The translations under genes were made by a program, and so were the position numbers. From Phoronis australis (lineage: Eukaryota; Animalia; Phoronida), in assembly GCA_002633005.1 (NCBI GenBank), contig NMRA01000474.1:275409-339408 (forward strand): a stretch of DNA of 64,000 bases, in the 5' to 3' direction. Positions 49,501 through 62,300 of the stretch are shown here, in pieces. The stretch's first letter is position 1. Each line of letters begins with the position of its first letter. A model generated the notes under the pieces. The model had not been told where the DNA came from, searched no databases, and was given only the letters and a program-made list of their open reading frames with translations.

Positions 49501-50466
49501 TTTGTTTAAATGTAGACAGTGCTATAACTGCCAGTTATCTCCTCTGTCTAATACCAAACAAAGCAAGCCAGTCACAAAAGCCCACAAGTTATGATAAGTT
49601 GCTATACATGTACATATCCAAACCTCTAACAGGCTCCGGTATCAACAAAATTTCGGTCAATAAGCACACTTCAGTCTGGAATCAAAACCGACTCCGCGAG
49701 ATAATTCTGAAGAGGTGGATTTGAAAACGAAGTACAGTGTATCAAAACTTCACCACAGTGGGAGCACATAATAACTTTGATGCCATCAGAGGTACATGGG
49801 CAGGAGTTATTGTGCTTGCTAACAGAGGGTGGTGAGTGGTAAATATCTGTTACCATGTATTCACCATCTTGAGTTTAAGTATGCTAATAGTATATGGATT
49901 TGCAATATTACAAAATCCCTGTTACCATTTTTTCCACAACTCACCAATGTGATAATCATTGAACACCAAAGCTGATGGAAGCGTCAATTTTCAACTTGGC
50001 GGTTAACCACAGTTAACATCAAAGCTTTGATTGTAAGGGAGTTAACTGCATGGAAAGTAACTTAACAAACATTCATTCAATATTGTCAGTTGGGAAATGA
50101 GTCTCATCGCTATAATTAAAATTAAAATAAGAAAGTCCCATTTTTAAGACCGCCACAAAAACAAGCATGTGAACTATCCGTAGCTACTGCATCATCAAAT
50201 GTGAAACTTGCTAAACAAACAAAATAAATATACCGTGTTCAAGATATTTAAATTACCCCACACTAGAGATCAACATACAGTTTGGTCAGAGAATTTCATT
50301 TTAAGCATTTGGTGTCGTTATCATGTGAAAAAGTAAAGATTATGGAAATTTTGGTAAAAAAGTGAAGTTACCTGTAGAGAACGTCATCAGTTACACAGGA
50401 GGTGTGTATTGATGGGTTTATACCTATGCACAGCTGCTTCAGGTGAACAAATCCAGGTGAGTTTGT
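46585..50466 (-). CDS. FBXL6: F-box/LRR-repeat protein 6 orthologue, last four coding exons (5' exons not found in window)
   Basis: Exons 50466-50372, 49025-48857, 47457-47306 and 46723-46585 splice GT-AG in phase: TNSPGFVHLKQLCIG...VTDDVLYRLLKTSTKLSLLEARCC...LQRLYLS...AKWRESIAELDLGW...LTTLNLCGTAITEDGVRRLLVTCSRLNRLDLSSCRGLPRGMK...*. Collinear with the recalled FBXL6 C-terminus (PGFP.L.ELC, RLL..S..L.LLD.RGC, KW...L.ELDLS, LNL.GT, L.L.SCR.LPRG.KR). Confidence 0.82.
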
Positions 50467-50514
50467 CTGAAACACAAGACAGTGACACTCTACAGCATTC
50501 AGAGCAAGTGAACT

Positions 50515-51255
50515 GTAGCTTGGTGTAGACAGGTTCTGCAGTCTAATCAGGGAACCATACCTTGGTGTAGAGATGTTCTAGTCTATTTTTTAAATTATAC
50601 CTTGGTGTAGAGATGTTCTACAGTCTATTTATTGAATTATACCTTGGTGTAGAGATGTTCTACAGTCTATTTATTGAATTATACCTTGGTGTAGAGAGGT
50701 TCTACGGTCTATTTATTGAATTATACCTTGGTGTAGAGAGGTTCTACGGTCTATTTATTGAATTATACCTTGGTGTAGAGATGTTCTATGGTCTATTTAT
50801 TGAATTATACCTTGGTGTAGAGAGGTTCTACGGTCTATTTATTAAATTATACCTTGGTGTAGAGATGTTCTACAGTCTATTTATTGAATTATACCTTGGT
50901 GTAGAGATGTTCTAGAGTCTATTTATTGAATTATACCTTGGTGTAGAGAGGTTCTACGGTCTATTTATTGAATTATACCTTGGTGAAGAGATGTTCTATA
51001 GTCTATTTATTGAATTATACCTTGGTGAAGAGATGTTCTAGAGTCTATTTATTGAATTATACCTTGGTGTAGAGAGGTTCTACAGTCTATTTATTGAATT
51101 ATACCTTGGTGTAGAGATGTTCTACAGTCTACTTATTGAATTATACCTTGGTGTAGAGAGGTTCTACAGTCTATTGAATTATACCTTGGTGTAGAGAGGT
51201 TCTACAGTCTGTTTATTGAATTATACCTTGGTGTAGAGAGGTTCTACAGTCTATT
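50515..51255. repeat. Minisatellite, 42-bp unit x about 17-18
   Basis: ATACCTTGGTGTAGAGA(T/G)GTTCTACAGTCTATTTATTGAATT repeated; explains the repetitive ORF 50613-50915. Confidence 0.97.
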
Positions 51256-51320
51256 TTCGGACAGAACATTTCACTTCAAGAATTTGGTGTCATTATCATA
51301 CGAAAAAGTAAAGGTTATAC

Positions 51321-51424
51321 CTGAACAGAACGTCATCAGCGTCATCAGTAACACAAGATGTGTGTATTGATGGGTTAATACCTATGCACAGCTGCTTCGG
51401 CTGAACAAATCCAGGTGAGTTTGT
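51321..51424 (-). CDS. Duplicate copy of the FBXL6 'SPGF' exon (alternative or pseudo-exon)
   Basis: tttcag|ACAAAC...CAG|gtataa; TNSPGFVQPKQLCIGINPSIHTSCVTDDADDVLF; 104 nt with an in-frame 9-nt duplication; same phases (0 to 2) as 50466-50372. Confidence 0.45.
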
Positions 51425-51611
51425 CTGAAACACAACACAATGACACTCTACAGCATCAGAGTAAGGGAACTGTAGCTTTGTGTAGAGAGGTTCTACAGTC
51501 TTATCAGGGAATCAAACCTTGGCTTAGAGATGTTGTACGGTTTGATCAGAGAATGTGCCTTTTTGAAAATATCATAAAGTTCAAAAGTCAGAGACCTAAC
51601 ATTTATTACCT

Positions 51612-54585
51612 GGGTCAAATACTGTTAAAAATCGCTTTTGGCACGAAAGGCGAAAAGAATATAACGAAAGGGTATCGAAAATAAGATTTTATTTCCTAAG
51701 TATTTTCGGAAAATAGAGCCACATTGGCATTTTGAGAGAAGGACTTTAAATTATTGGGTGTTTTGTATATCCGTTGCCAGCTAATTTAATGACCGCAGCC
51801 GACTAGTCGTTAGTTCTCGAAGAATGTCTGCCTCCTGAGTTCAACTTAACGCTATTTTTGAACTTACACATCGTCGTGGAACGATCTCTAGTCCTGTGAA
51901 GTGGAATGTTTTCAACAAGAGACAGAAAATAATGATTACACAGCGGATATCCTCGCGTTACATGTAAGTCCGAATAAAATATTGCGGTCTGATGTCAGTT
52001 CTTCGTGTCAAACTACAGATAGATATAGTTATATTATCAAACAATACAGTGCTTGCCGATAGTTCAGAAATAATAAGTTTTTGAAGTCGGTGCACGTCTA
52101 AACAAGATTTTAAATCTCAGCCTCCTCGTTTTCAAAAAGTAGACCAACTCTGGATATACAGTTGTCAAGACGCTCCTCACAATATCATTAAGGCTGAATA
52201 TAGGAACCCCTTTAAAATTCTTTTGGAACAGCACTTGATTTCCGTTATGGAAAGCCCGACGAAAACACTGAACCATAAATGAGATGGTTTTAAAATCTTT
52301 GAGGACCATAGTGAGTTGGCACTTTGCTAAACATATAGTGTGTACTCGTTAATATCATTAATAAGGGTAACGATAACGAAAATGATAGCGAGTAATTGTA
52401 GTGATAGTAGTAATAGTATTAAAAGCAGTAATGCTAGTAATAGTAGTAATAATAACGTGATACCAATTACAATGATAATAGGAACCCAGCCATGAGTGTA
52501 TTCCTATTGAAGAGGTACCAGAAATGTTCCGTCCAAAAGTGTGTTTGTTCACGGAATTTTTTTTCCAATATGGTACAATTTTCGGCTAAATTATATCTAA
52601 AAAGTGCCATTCCTGAATTTGGAACAGAAGTGTGCAAAAATTTGACTTTTTACAATAATTAGTCTCTTAATTGGTTACAATTTCGTCAGAGCCCACTCTC
52701 TAAGCGGGTAGGCGTTCAAATTTTTCGGGCAGCACTCCTCATCCAAAAATAGTCCACTACATACCGGCCGTGTCAGATGCCACTTGTTCGTGATTTTGGT
52801 CATTGTCGTTGCATTATGACGTGGGTTTCGTAAAATGTAGCAATGGTATATTTCTTGCATGTGCGAAATGTAATACATGTATGAAAGCTCTGCATTAATA
52901 GAGAATGCGAAGAACTGAAAATTGAAATATAGCAGAGTCTGAGGAAGTCGAGATCATTCAGAGATAAAACTCCCATTAACTAAGGTAATTTATGCAGGCT
53001 AACTTTATCCAGGAAAAATAAGTTCCGTGTGCATTTTTTACGGACAAACTAATATCGGCGGCAAAACCAACGAATAAAAAATAAATTTTGGAACCTGCTT
53101 GCACCTATTCAAAATACTAGGTCATCCAATGTATCTGCTAGTGAGTGTTTTAATTGTTTTAGAAACATCTCTGATAATAGTGAAACTCAATGTGATGGTT
53201 TACAGTATATGCAGGTTTCCACTTTTATACTCAACACACTGTAAAAAATCATGTAGCTGCCACCGACCACCGTTTTTATTTTCATTGTTGTTCAACCATT
53301 TTGAACATGAGTTACAAGCAGATAACTGCACTGCACAGTAGAAAGGGTGCCATGGCCCCTCTAAAATTCTCCTAGATTCCTTTTGAAGTACGGGGGCGCG
53401 AATATCTGAAGTCTAAATCTTGGTAACTCCCTGCCTTTTCCTCCTCGCCAACTCTAATTGCTTGATACGGCACTGCAGAAGTTTGGCATTTTAAACGTAT
53501 AATGTCTAACGTTTGTCGGCGACATAACAATTTTTGCAAAGAAGGATGACTTAAAAATCGAGTAATATCGTCGAATAATATAATTTTGCTTCAGAGACGT
53601 TAGTAAGAATCGCTCCATGAAAATTATTAGTTCGGATAAAAACGACAGCGACATTCATTTTACCACTCGATCAACTATTTCATTTCCTCATTATTAATGC
53701 AACATGATGTGAGAGGAAGTAATGTTCCGGTGCTCAAGTGTTATCTGTTTGAATTTCTGCATCGACAGAAACATAATCGTGCGGAAGTGCAAAATTAACG
53801 CTTGTTAACTAAAACATACTGTCTGTTCATTAAATTTGTATTGAAAACAACGCCTTTTTAGGGACTGTTGAAGTGCTGCATTGCATGGAATTGTCAAATT
53901 TCTGCTTTCCAGGGTCTTATTTAAAATGTGTATATCTAATTAGCTGCCGTATACAGTACAAACATATTTTCGTTACCAATGACTCAGACTCCCATTAACT
54001 GTTGACATTAGCGAGATTAAGTTTATCTCAAACCTTGTGCCAAAATTTTCACTTTTACACTATTTTACACGTGTCTAGTAAAATACCTCATCCCCGTTCT
54101 CAATTAGCTTCAGTTTCAAAATATAAACCGCGTAGCGAAAAAAAGGTTTAGCAGCACAACAGCGTGGATATGTATTTAATTCTTTTCCAGTTTAATCGAA
54201 TCTCCTGCAGTACAGAGCATTTTCGTATACCATCAGTCCTTTCATTCACATTTGCGCCGCTACATTAATTTAGTAAACGACAGAATGGTCCCGGGGAAAC
54301 AAATACAAAATGTAGTTTTGATCCTGAGACAGTTGTGCGTTTACATGCGATCGTTGAAAGTTGTGAAAAGAGGTAAAATCTCACCAAAATTCCTTAATTC
54401 AATTAATAAATTGACATTAAGGCGTTTTGATTCCGTGCTAACTACAAGGTTTAATGTCATCCCAAAATGTCAATGAGGTTCCAGTATCCGAAATTACTTA
54501 ATCAATAAAATTTTAATTTCGATATCCTTTCGTTACATTCTTTTCGTCTTCCGTGCCAAAAGCGATTTTTTAACAGTTTTTACCC
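51612..54585. mobile_element. About 3-kb non-autonomous DNA transposon with ~125-bp diverged TIRs (GGG..CCC termini)
   Basis: 51612-51735 (GGGTCAAATACTGTTAAAAATCGCTTTTGGCACGAAAGGCGAAAAGAATATAACGAAAGG...) is the inverted copy of 54461-54585. No internal ORF; no clear TSD. Confidence 0.7.
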
Positions 54586-57527
54586 TTCTGTGTGAGCGTA
54601 TAATTACTGGCTGTCATCTGTTATGTCCGTACCCACATTTCCCGCTCGTCAGTTCAGGAACTTGTCCTGAACGCCGCCATTTTTCCTTGTAACTAAATGT
54701 GCTATCGCTCGCTCGATAGGTCTTCATTCTTTTTTTATTTGTGATTCGTTTGTATATGTAGTGAAATTTTAGTTTTTAGTTAGTGGTCGTTGAATTTTTT
54801 TTTGGAATGTTACGCCTACTTTTGTTTACCATATTAATATAGCATTGGTGGTTAGTTCCAGTGTTATGTTAGGCTTACAAATCTAGGAGTGGGAGCCAAT
54901 AAGAGTCAAACGAAATTTTTTCGTTTTGAATTAATTTTTCGTTTTGAAAAAGTAGTTTACTATTATCGGAAAGTTACTGCATTCTACGCAGTAAAAACCG
55001 AAAAAGTATCAACATCAGGGAATGCAGTGTAAAGTTACATGTATGGTAATTTTTGTGGCGAAACTTGGGTCACTTTGTTTGAATCGCGTCGGTCTTATTG
55101 GAGGACAGTGGGGTAAGTTACGAGTTTAAAACTTTGTCTTAATTGTATTCGCCAACAATTTACGTTGAAATTTAGTGAGACATATCTTCACATAGTATTC
55201 TGCACGATTCAACAGTTTTCACCAAATTTCAGCCTCGCAGTTGTTACTTATTCAGTGATCAATGTGCTTACATTTCCCGTTGGACTTAGTCTCTTGATAA
55301 GGTGTCACAAAATTATTCATATTTTTCTAAATTTCAAGTCTAAATTGCTTTCAAGTCATGTTTTGTAACTTATTGGTTTCTTAATTCAAGTTATCGTGTC
55401 AACAATATGAAGAATCTTAATTAGAGTATGTATTTTGGATTGTGAAGCTTCAAGCCTCCAATTCTTGATCCTGGCAGCTTCATATATTTTTAAATCACGT
55501 TTGTCAAAATTCTGGTGTAAGGAAACACTATTTAGTCACCATGGCAATAGTTACATGTGTATCCACTTTCATATCATGGAAACTTGTGCTGTTGGATAGT
55601 GTTTGTAATGCTTAAATGTTGTAAAGTATTGTGCATTTTAAGTAACTTATCATGTTCACCGGTTAGAATCATTTTGGCTTAATGAATAAAGAATGATAAC
55701 ATTTTGTATTGGACTTGTCATACTTATGTGCTCCCTATTTGGAGAAATGGAAAAAGGTCTGCCTCAGTCAGAGAAACACAAACTCCGAAAAAGTAGAAAA
55801 CGAGACAAAAGTCCACTAGAAGACAGGAAGTACCAAAATTTAGCGTCTGCAATTCACAGCTCTGAACATACACTGTACCCAGTGAATGTTATGGTAAAAG
55901 GTACACATTCTCAGAAATTTCGCACCCCCATTTTTAGGCTTGATGCGATCATGCAAAGTAATGGCAAATCTGCCTTGAAAGCCAATAATTTTGCGCATTT
56001 CGCCAGAAGACCCCAAGTTCTAAATCAACCTCGTTTGAGCGAGCGCTGTGGCCAGGGACCACATAGGCCTAATGGAAGGCTTGGTGCAGAGCCGTATAGG
56101 CCTACTAGCAAGCTGTATTTTGACGATAGTCTTCATATTGGTAGCTGGCACTGAGGCTAGCTAAGGGCTGGAGCGGCAGTGTGACACAGGACTAACCAGC
56201 CCGTGATTTTTTGCAAGTGTCTGAAACTACCCTTGAATATATACGGCATTTATGACTTGTACCTTTTTCTTCGACAAAACAGCTTGCAACCGCATGCATT
56301 TATTGTTCATCAGTGTCTGGTCTCGATCTGCACCGGGTCCGATAGACTGCGATTTCGAGTCCAGCAAAATATTTTTTGTCAAAAATTATTCGCCACATTT
56401 CTTCATCAAATTCGATAAAACTGTCCTATTTTGATTTTATCCAAATTATGATGCACTGTCGATTATTATCTCCCCGTTTGCAGGCTGGTAACAGGCACTG
56501 CTCCAGTCGCACTCACGGCGTTTTCTTAGCCTGGGTTCCTGATAGAAATGTACTTCCGGGTTTGCGGTAATTTCAAAATTGCGTTGTGTTCTTCGGGTGC
56601 AAATTGTGAGTGGCGCGTTTTTTAAGCTTTATTCGATTACGGATTGTGTATTAATTAAGGGGTGGGTACTTTTTGGATCCTTACAACATCGTCTAACCGT
56701 GTAATAAGGGTTAACAACGTTTGCTTCTTGGAATTTAACCGCCGATTCTATTCCTGTTATCGATTTATTGCTTGGTTTCGTAGCAGTCTCCCGCACGTGA
56801 TGTGAGCAGACATGTGCTTAACAATGAACTGAGACCAGTTTTTGAACAACCTGTGACCGACAAACAACAGTAACACATTAATCAGCCTGGCGGCTGTAAG
56901 CTTTAATGATAAGTAAGTTTATTACGCACTGCAATTTCTGTTGACACTGCAAGTGAACGTTGCATAGTTAAGACGTGGATAGGTTATGTGTACTGAAAAC
57001 AAGTTTCCACCGAATTATCAACCGAAGATTTTGAGATTTTCACTGGCCCCAGTTTAATCGGCTTTTTCTTGGCTACGGCAAATCGACTTTATTTCAATGA
57101 GGAACAGAAGTTCTCTAAAACGGCTCAGTGGATTTCGCCAAACTTCACATTTAGTCATCATTCTAAAGAAAAATGTTAGGACTTTCGATACAAACATCTA
57201 GTTTTTGGGTAAGGTAACAAAGACAAATGCGACTTCCATTTTTACAAAAGTACCTAGCGTTTTGCAAGCTGATTTGTCATAGAATCGAAACGAAAAGACT
57301 AAGAAAAAGTTCTTAACAGCATCTTTGATGTACCTATGTATCTGGTGAAGTTTTCTTTAAAATCAACTGAGGCGTGATTTTGCTATGAATGTATCTTTCT
57401 TTAAAAGGAATCTATATTAAAAGGGACAACGTATTAATAATGATGACACATTAATACAAGAAATAGTTTTAGATATGTATTTCCTGATCTTTTTTCTTTC
57501 TGTCAGTATCAAGTCTCAAACAACTGG

Positions 57528-57602
57528 CATACGTACGTACGTACGTACATACATACATACATACATACATACATACATACATACATACATACATAAATAC
57601 AT
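57528..57602. repeat. Compound microsatellite (TACG)n(TACA)n, possibly the 3' tail of a minus-strand LINE
   Basis: Direct reading; minus-strand AATAAA lies immediately before the (ATGT)n run. Confidence 0.85.
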
Positions 57603-58799
57603 TTATTTGACACAAAAATTGATATGCTGAATGTTGCTAACGATAGCAATGAAGTAGGAGACATTCAGGCAAAATATAAATGACTAGTTGAAACCTTGTG
57701 TTCGTGACTGAGACAGCTCAACTCATTACAGCTTTATCAACCGAGTAGTTTAATTTTCTTATCTCAAAGGGCATTCTAGTTCAAAAAATTAAAAATGTAT
57801 ACCAAATTATGTAATATGTCACATAGCATATTGTTCACATTCTTTTTTATCAAAGTAAAAGACCTTTTGAGCACCACTTTGTACATCGGCCGAGGTCGGA
57901 AAATCTTCGACTGCTGCATTCCGTCTATTTCCGTGACCTGAGTTCCTGTGTGTCAGTTCAGGAACGATTCCTGAATGACGGTCGTGCTACCTTGTGACAA
58001 TATTGACATAACCGTGAGCGTAAATGCGATGTTACTTTGTTTGGCTTTTTTGATTCCCATTTTGGTTCTTTTTATACAGACTTGATTATTTACTGTCCAC
58101 ATTTTGCATGATCTTTGCATATGACGCATATTATTTAATTCATAACCATAAGTTTGTGAAGTACGTCGCATCTCTTGAAGTCAGCGCTCGGCTACTGGGG
58201 TCTGTCCAGGCTCATCTCTAGAGTGCGTAAAGTTTCAGCAACAGTAACCGTTTTAGTAATAAATTAGAGAATAAAAGTTTCTTGATCAACAAATTTCTTA
58301 TCTTTATCGCCATATTGTGAAACTGGTGCAAATTACCATCCCTTGAACTGAGACATTGCCGTGTCACGGTGACTACCCTGACGTGTGAGCGCAGTGCGTA
58401 ATTGGCAGCAAGTCGGCACCGGCTTTACACTAGTTATAAAATGTGAAATGTAAAAAAACATCCACATACGATTTCACGGCAAACAAAAACCGACGGTGAG
58501 TTTCACATGTGTGCTTGATTTTGCTGTCAGGACACAGACAACGACGAAGCCGCCGTGACTCTTCGCCGGGAAAATGATCACTTGCTAAATTGGCTGTGAT
58601 TTTCAATCATCAGGGACAATATATTTTCTAATCTCACAAAAGCAAACTTACATTATATGTGGACATTTAAAAAATTGAAACAGATAGAGTGTAACAAAAC
58701 ATTACAAAAAATTGAAATCAGGTGTGGAGAGTAAAGACAGTAAAAAAATCAGGCGCAAATTTAAGAAGAAAGGCATATCGACGAATATTAAACCTGAAG

Positions 58800-59345
58800 A
58801 ATGGATAAATTATTCTGCTCTCTGTTTAAAGCCCACTATTCTGTTACTTATCCGGAGTTCACTGAATTTGATGCTTTTGTTGATAACTCAGTAAAAAATG
58901 ACATCAATTCAAGTAATGCAATTTTTGATATGGAGCTAGACGAAATTATAAAAACCATCGGTAGTATGAAAGACGGAATTTCGTCAGGATGTGATGAATT
59001 AGCGTGAGTTCTGCAAGTATTCTGATACAAAGTTTTTCGATTCGTTGTTCCATCTATACAAATATTTTTTATAAAAATGGTGTGTTTTTAAAATAATGGA
59101 CAAAATCCATTGTATTACCGGTATCTAAGGGCGGTGCCAAAATTTCTGAAAATTTCAGAAGAATTTCCCCCATGCAAGTCACAGCCAAATTATTCGAAAA
59201 AATATTGTACCAGCGACTTCAAGAATAGTCGGAAAGAGAAAACGTAATTAGTATATCCCAAGCTGCGTTTAGGAAAGTTCACAGTACTGTGGATCACATG
59301 TTTGTTTTATATACGTTAATAATTAAATATTTGACACGACAGAAA
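58800..59345 (+). mobile_element. Degenerate non-LTR retrotransposon RT N-terminal fragment (RTE/CR1-like)
   Basis: ELDEIIKTIGSMKDGISSGCDEL* then, after a frameshift, W.KSIVLPVSKGG...NFRRISPMQVTAKLFEKILYQRL...QAAFRKVHSTVDHMFVLYTLIIKYL, matching LINE RT domains 0-2; stops present. Confidence 0.85.
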
Positions 59346-62300
59346 GTATGAAACATTTGTTGCCACGCTACTACAAGTACATTGTAGCACGTTTGTACAC
59401 ATTTTTTCTGAAGTCCTTAGACAGTGACCCTACACTTGACCTCGTGATGCTCTTGTGGAATAACAGCTAACGCATGAGCTCGTTACTTCTTTTTCACAAA
59501 CACTTTCACGTGCTGAAACATGTTGCCATACAATGTAAAAATTGTATTGATTTTTGACACAAAGGAGCGTAGCCTTGGTGCAAAAGCTGTATACTAAATA
59601 ATCATATCCACAAAAGTCGCCAGGCAGACTGTAGGTACAATCTAAGCAGTACGACACCAGTGATGCATAGATGAGATGACCAGTGGCTAGCCTTGTTTAT
59701 TCAATTCGTATTTTTACACTTTCAGTTTGCATGAGCTTTCAGATTTCAGCATAGAATTCTATGCCTGGAATGTCAACATCCATCCTGAGGCCGGTGAAGT
59801 TACGACGCATCTGTCGCAGAGTTGTTTGCATTCGTTTGTTCCTGTATGTGCTATGGCATTTATTGTCACTAAAACTTTTTGCAACTCCGCATTTTCAAAT
59901 GTATATGAGTGATATCATTGGCAAACCCTTTGTCAGTACTTGATTTTTATAACAGAAGCAAACAATAAACGCTTTATTTCATCAGTAATTATCATTTCGC
60001 ATACCTGAATGGTTTGAAAACATTTTCAAATCAAAACACCGAGAGTGTTACAAAATTGCGAAAAAACAGCGTGTAATATTAATAAAAAAGGAAATAAACC
60101 AGCGATCACCAGTTGAGTCATTAGGAAATGATTCCTATGAATCAAATATTTCTACCTTCTATTGATATTTTTTTAGAATATAGACCCCTCATACTGTATT
60201 TGCTGTTGATAACTTGTCAGGCATTCATTCAAAATTATACAATCCATCTTCGTATATTATGATTGGACCTTTGGTGCCGTTTGATAAGATTAAAATTTCC
60301 AGGAAATGATCGGAATGAAGTGACATTAACGAAAAATGAGATAAACTACTCCAACTTACTATCCGGAATTGGCAGATAAAGAATTTCCGATAGATGATTA
60401 TGAGCAAACACCAATCACGTTCCTTTGATATTTACTGTAATTAACCTGTTGAACCCTCGATTAAAGTTTACAGATAAAATGTTTCTTCATGAAGTAAAAT
60501 CTAGCAATCCCAATTTATGTAGTGTATGTTAACGAATACGAGAGGGATAGGAACACATTTTACGATTGTTATGTTACTTAGAAAAATAGACTCTGGAAAA
60601 CACCAATATTCATAAAAAGGAAGTGTTTTTGACCACGTATTAAATAGTTGTCATGGTAAACATTCAAGAACAAAGAACAAAACATCTGGTTTCAAAACAG
60701 GAACATCTCGGTCTAAGCCAAAATATACAATGTAAGCGTGAAATTTTTACTGCAACATATTCTCACTCTCCGTGAAATTTCCTTGGAACACGGTCACTCG
60801 AGTCCTAATGGCTTCCTCTCTGAATGTTTGCTCACCAGGGCCACCTGGTAGAACACTGATGCTATCAAGAGGTGAGGCATGGATATGGTTACGCTATGAT
60901 AAGGGAGGTAAAAAATTTCCGAAATTTACTTTTTCCTCACAATTATTTTTACCCATACACTTTACAGTAAGTCCATGTTTGATTTCTCGATATGCATATT
61001 ATGCATGCCAAGGACGTGGCAATGGTGGCAAGCTACGTATCGTTTTGCTTGCGACACCCAAGCCGAATGGTCATCGCCTATGGGAATACTGGTAACACAG
61101 ACATCATACCGTGGCCTTGCCGATAAATGATTGTCACTTTCTTTATCATAACATCGGGAAACAATGGGGGTGCGAATTTATTGCTGGTTTTATGTCGCTG
61201 CACGAGAGAAAAAGCACATGTTTTGCGGTGTCTTGCCGACGTTTCTTTTTAATGTTTTTCGCTAACGTTTCCTCATATGTTTTAGATTTCAGAAAGAATA
61301 CCGTTTAAAGCTAGCAGCTTTTCGTCGGCAAAATACGTTAAAGTGGTACATTCAGTAATGAGGTGACGTGTTAGCTGATGCAATCGGACATAGGACACAG
61401 TCGGTCATGTGCAAAAGCGTATCAAGATTATCAGTGGGATTGTAGCCACTACCGTAACATAATCCAACCAAGTGTGAGAAAAACTGGCGCACGCAGGAGA
61501 CTATTCATCGTACAAATGGATCTTTCAAGTCGCACGTGTGGAGCTGAGAAGAACTGAGTAGAGTTCACTAGTTGTCGGGCATCTAGAAATATTCACGTGC
61601 TCTCAAGTACACAGCAATATCCTTGTGATTGCGCAAACTGGTTTACAGGCTCGTGATTAAATTATGAAGGCACAGTTTCCATCCCCAAAAAATAGCGCCG
61701 CCTAGCTATGTGCGAATTGCTGTCTTATAACCACTAAAAACCCAATTTCCACCCCCCAAAAAAACACTTGTAATTGGACCACTTGCTGTTTAGAATTTAA
61801 TACAGATTGTTCCTTGTCACAATGCAATTGGCATCCCGGCTTAATATTAACTAAAAATTGTGTGAAGGTTGAGATCGTTTTGTACACGGTGTGATTGTAA
61901 ATGACATGCAGCCGTGATTTGATTCGTCATGATTCAGCACTACTAGCGCAGCTATAGAACCTGTCAGTAAATAAGTATTTACATGAGCGCTTGGGACCGC
62001 GAGTTTGTACAACCAAATTTAATTGTCGAGTTTAAACTAAAATCACGAGCGTAATTTTACGCCATCAAAATTAAATTACGCTTGTAATTTCACAGCGTAA
62101 TGAACGACGTAAATAATTGCAATGGAAGTTGCTGAGACGGTTGTTTTGCGATAAACACGTTTGGATTGCGAATTTTATTAGTCCAGGATTAAATGTTCTT
62201 GGTGCAATCTTGAACTGCTGTTTACGAAGGTGTTTCTGTAATATTTTGTTGGTTGCATACCACTGTAGTTAATAGTTCAGTCTCCTGCCAGTCTTCACGA

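Noticed and set aside
50613-50915. ORF (FYGLFIELYLGVE)n
   Set aside because: Translation of the 42-bp minisatellite, antisense to FBXL6.
55693-56154. 153-aa ORF with hydrophobic N-terminus
   Set aside because: Overlaps a dispersed repeat also seen at about 5.6 kb; no recognisable domain or splice support.
60765-60895. Candidate minus-strand exon (HASPLDSISVLPGGPGEQTFREE...) as an upstream FBXL6 exon
   Set aside because: No resemblance to F-box/LRR sequence that I can recognise; splice sites ambiguous.
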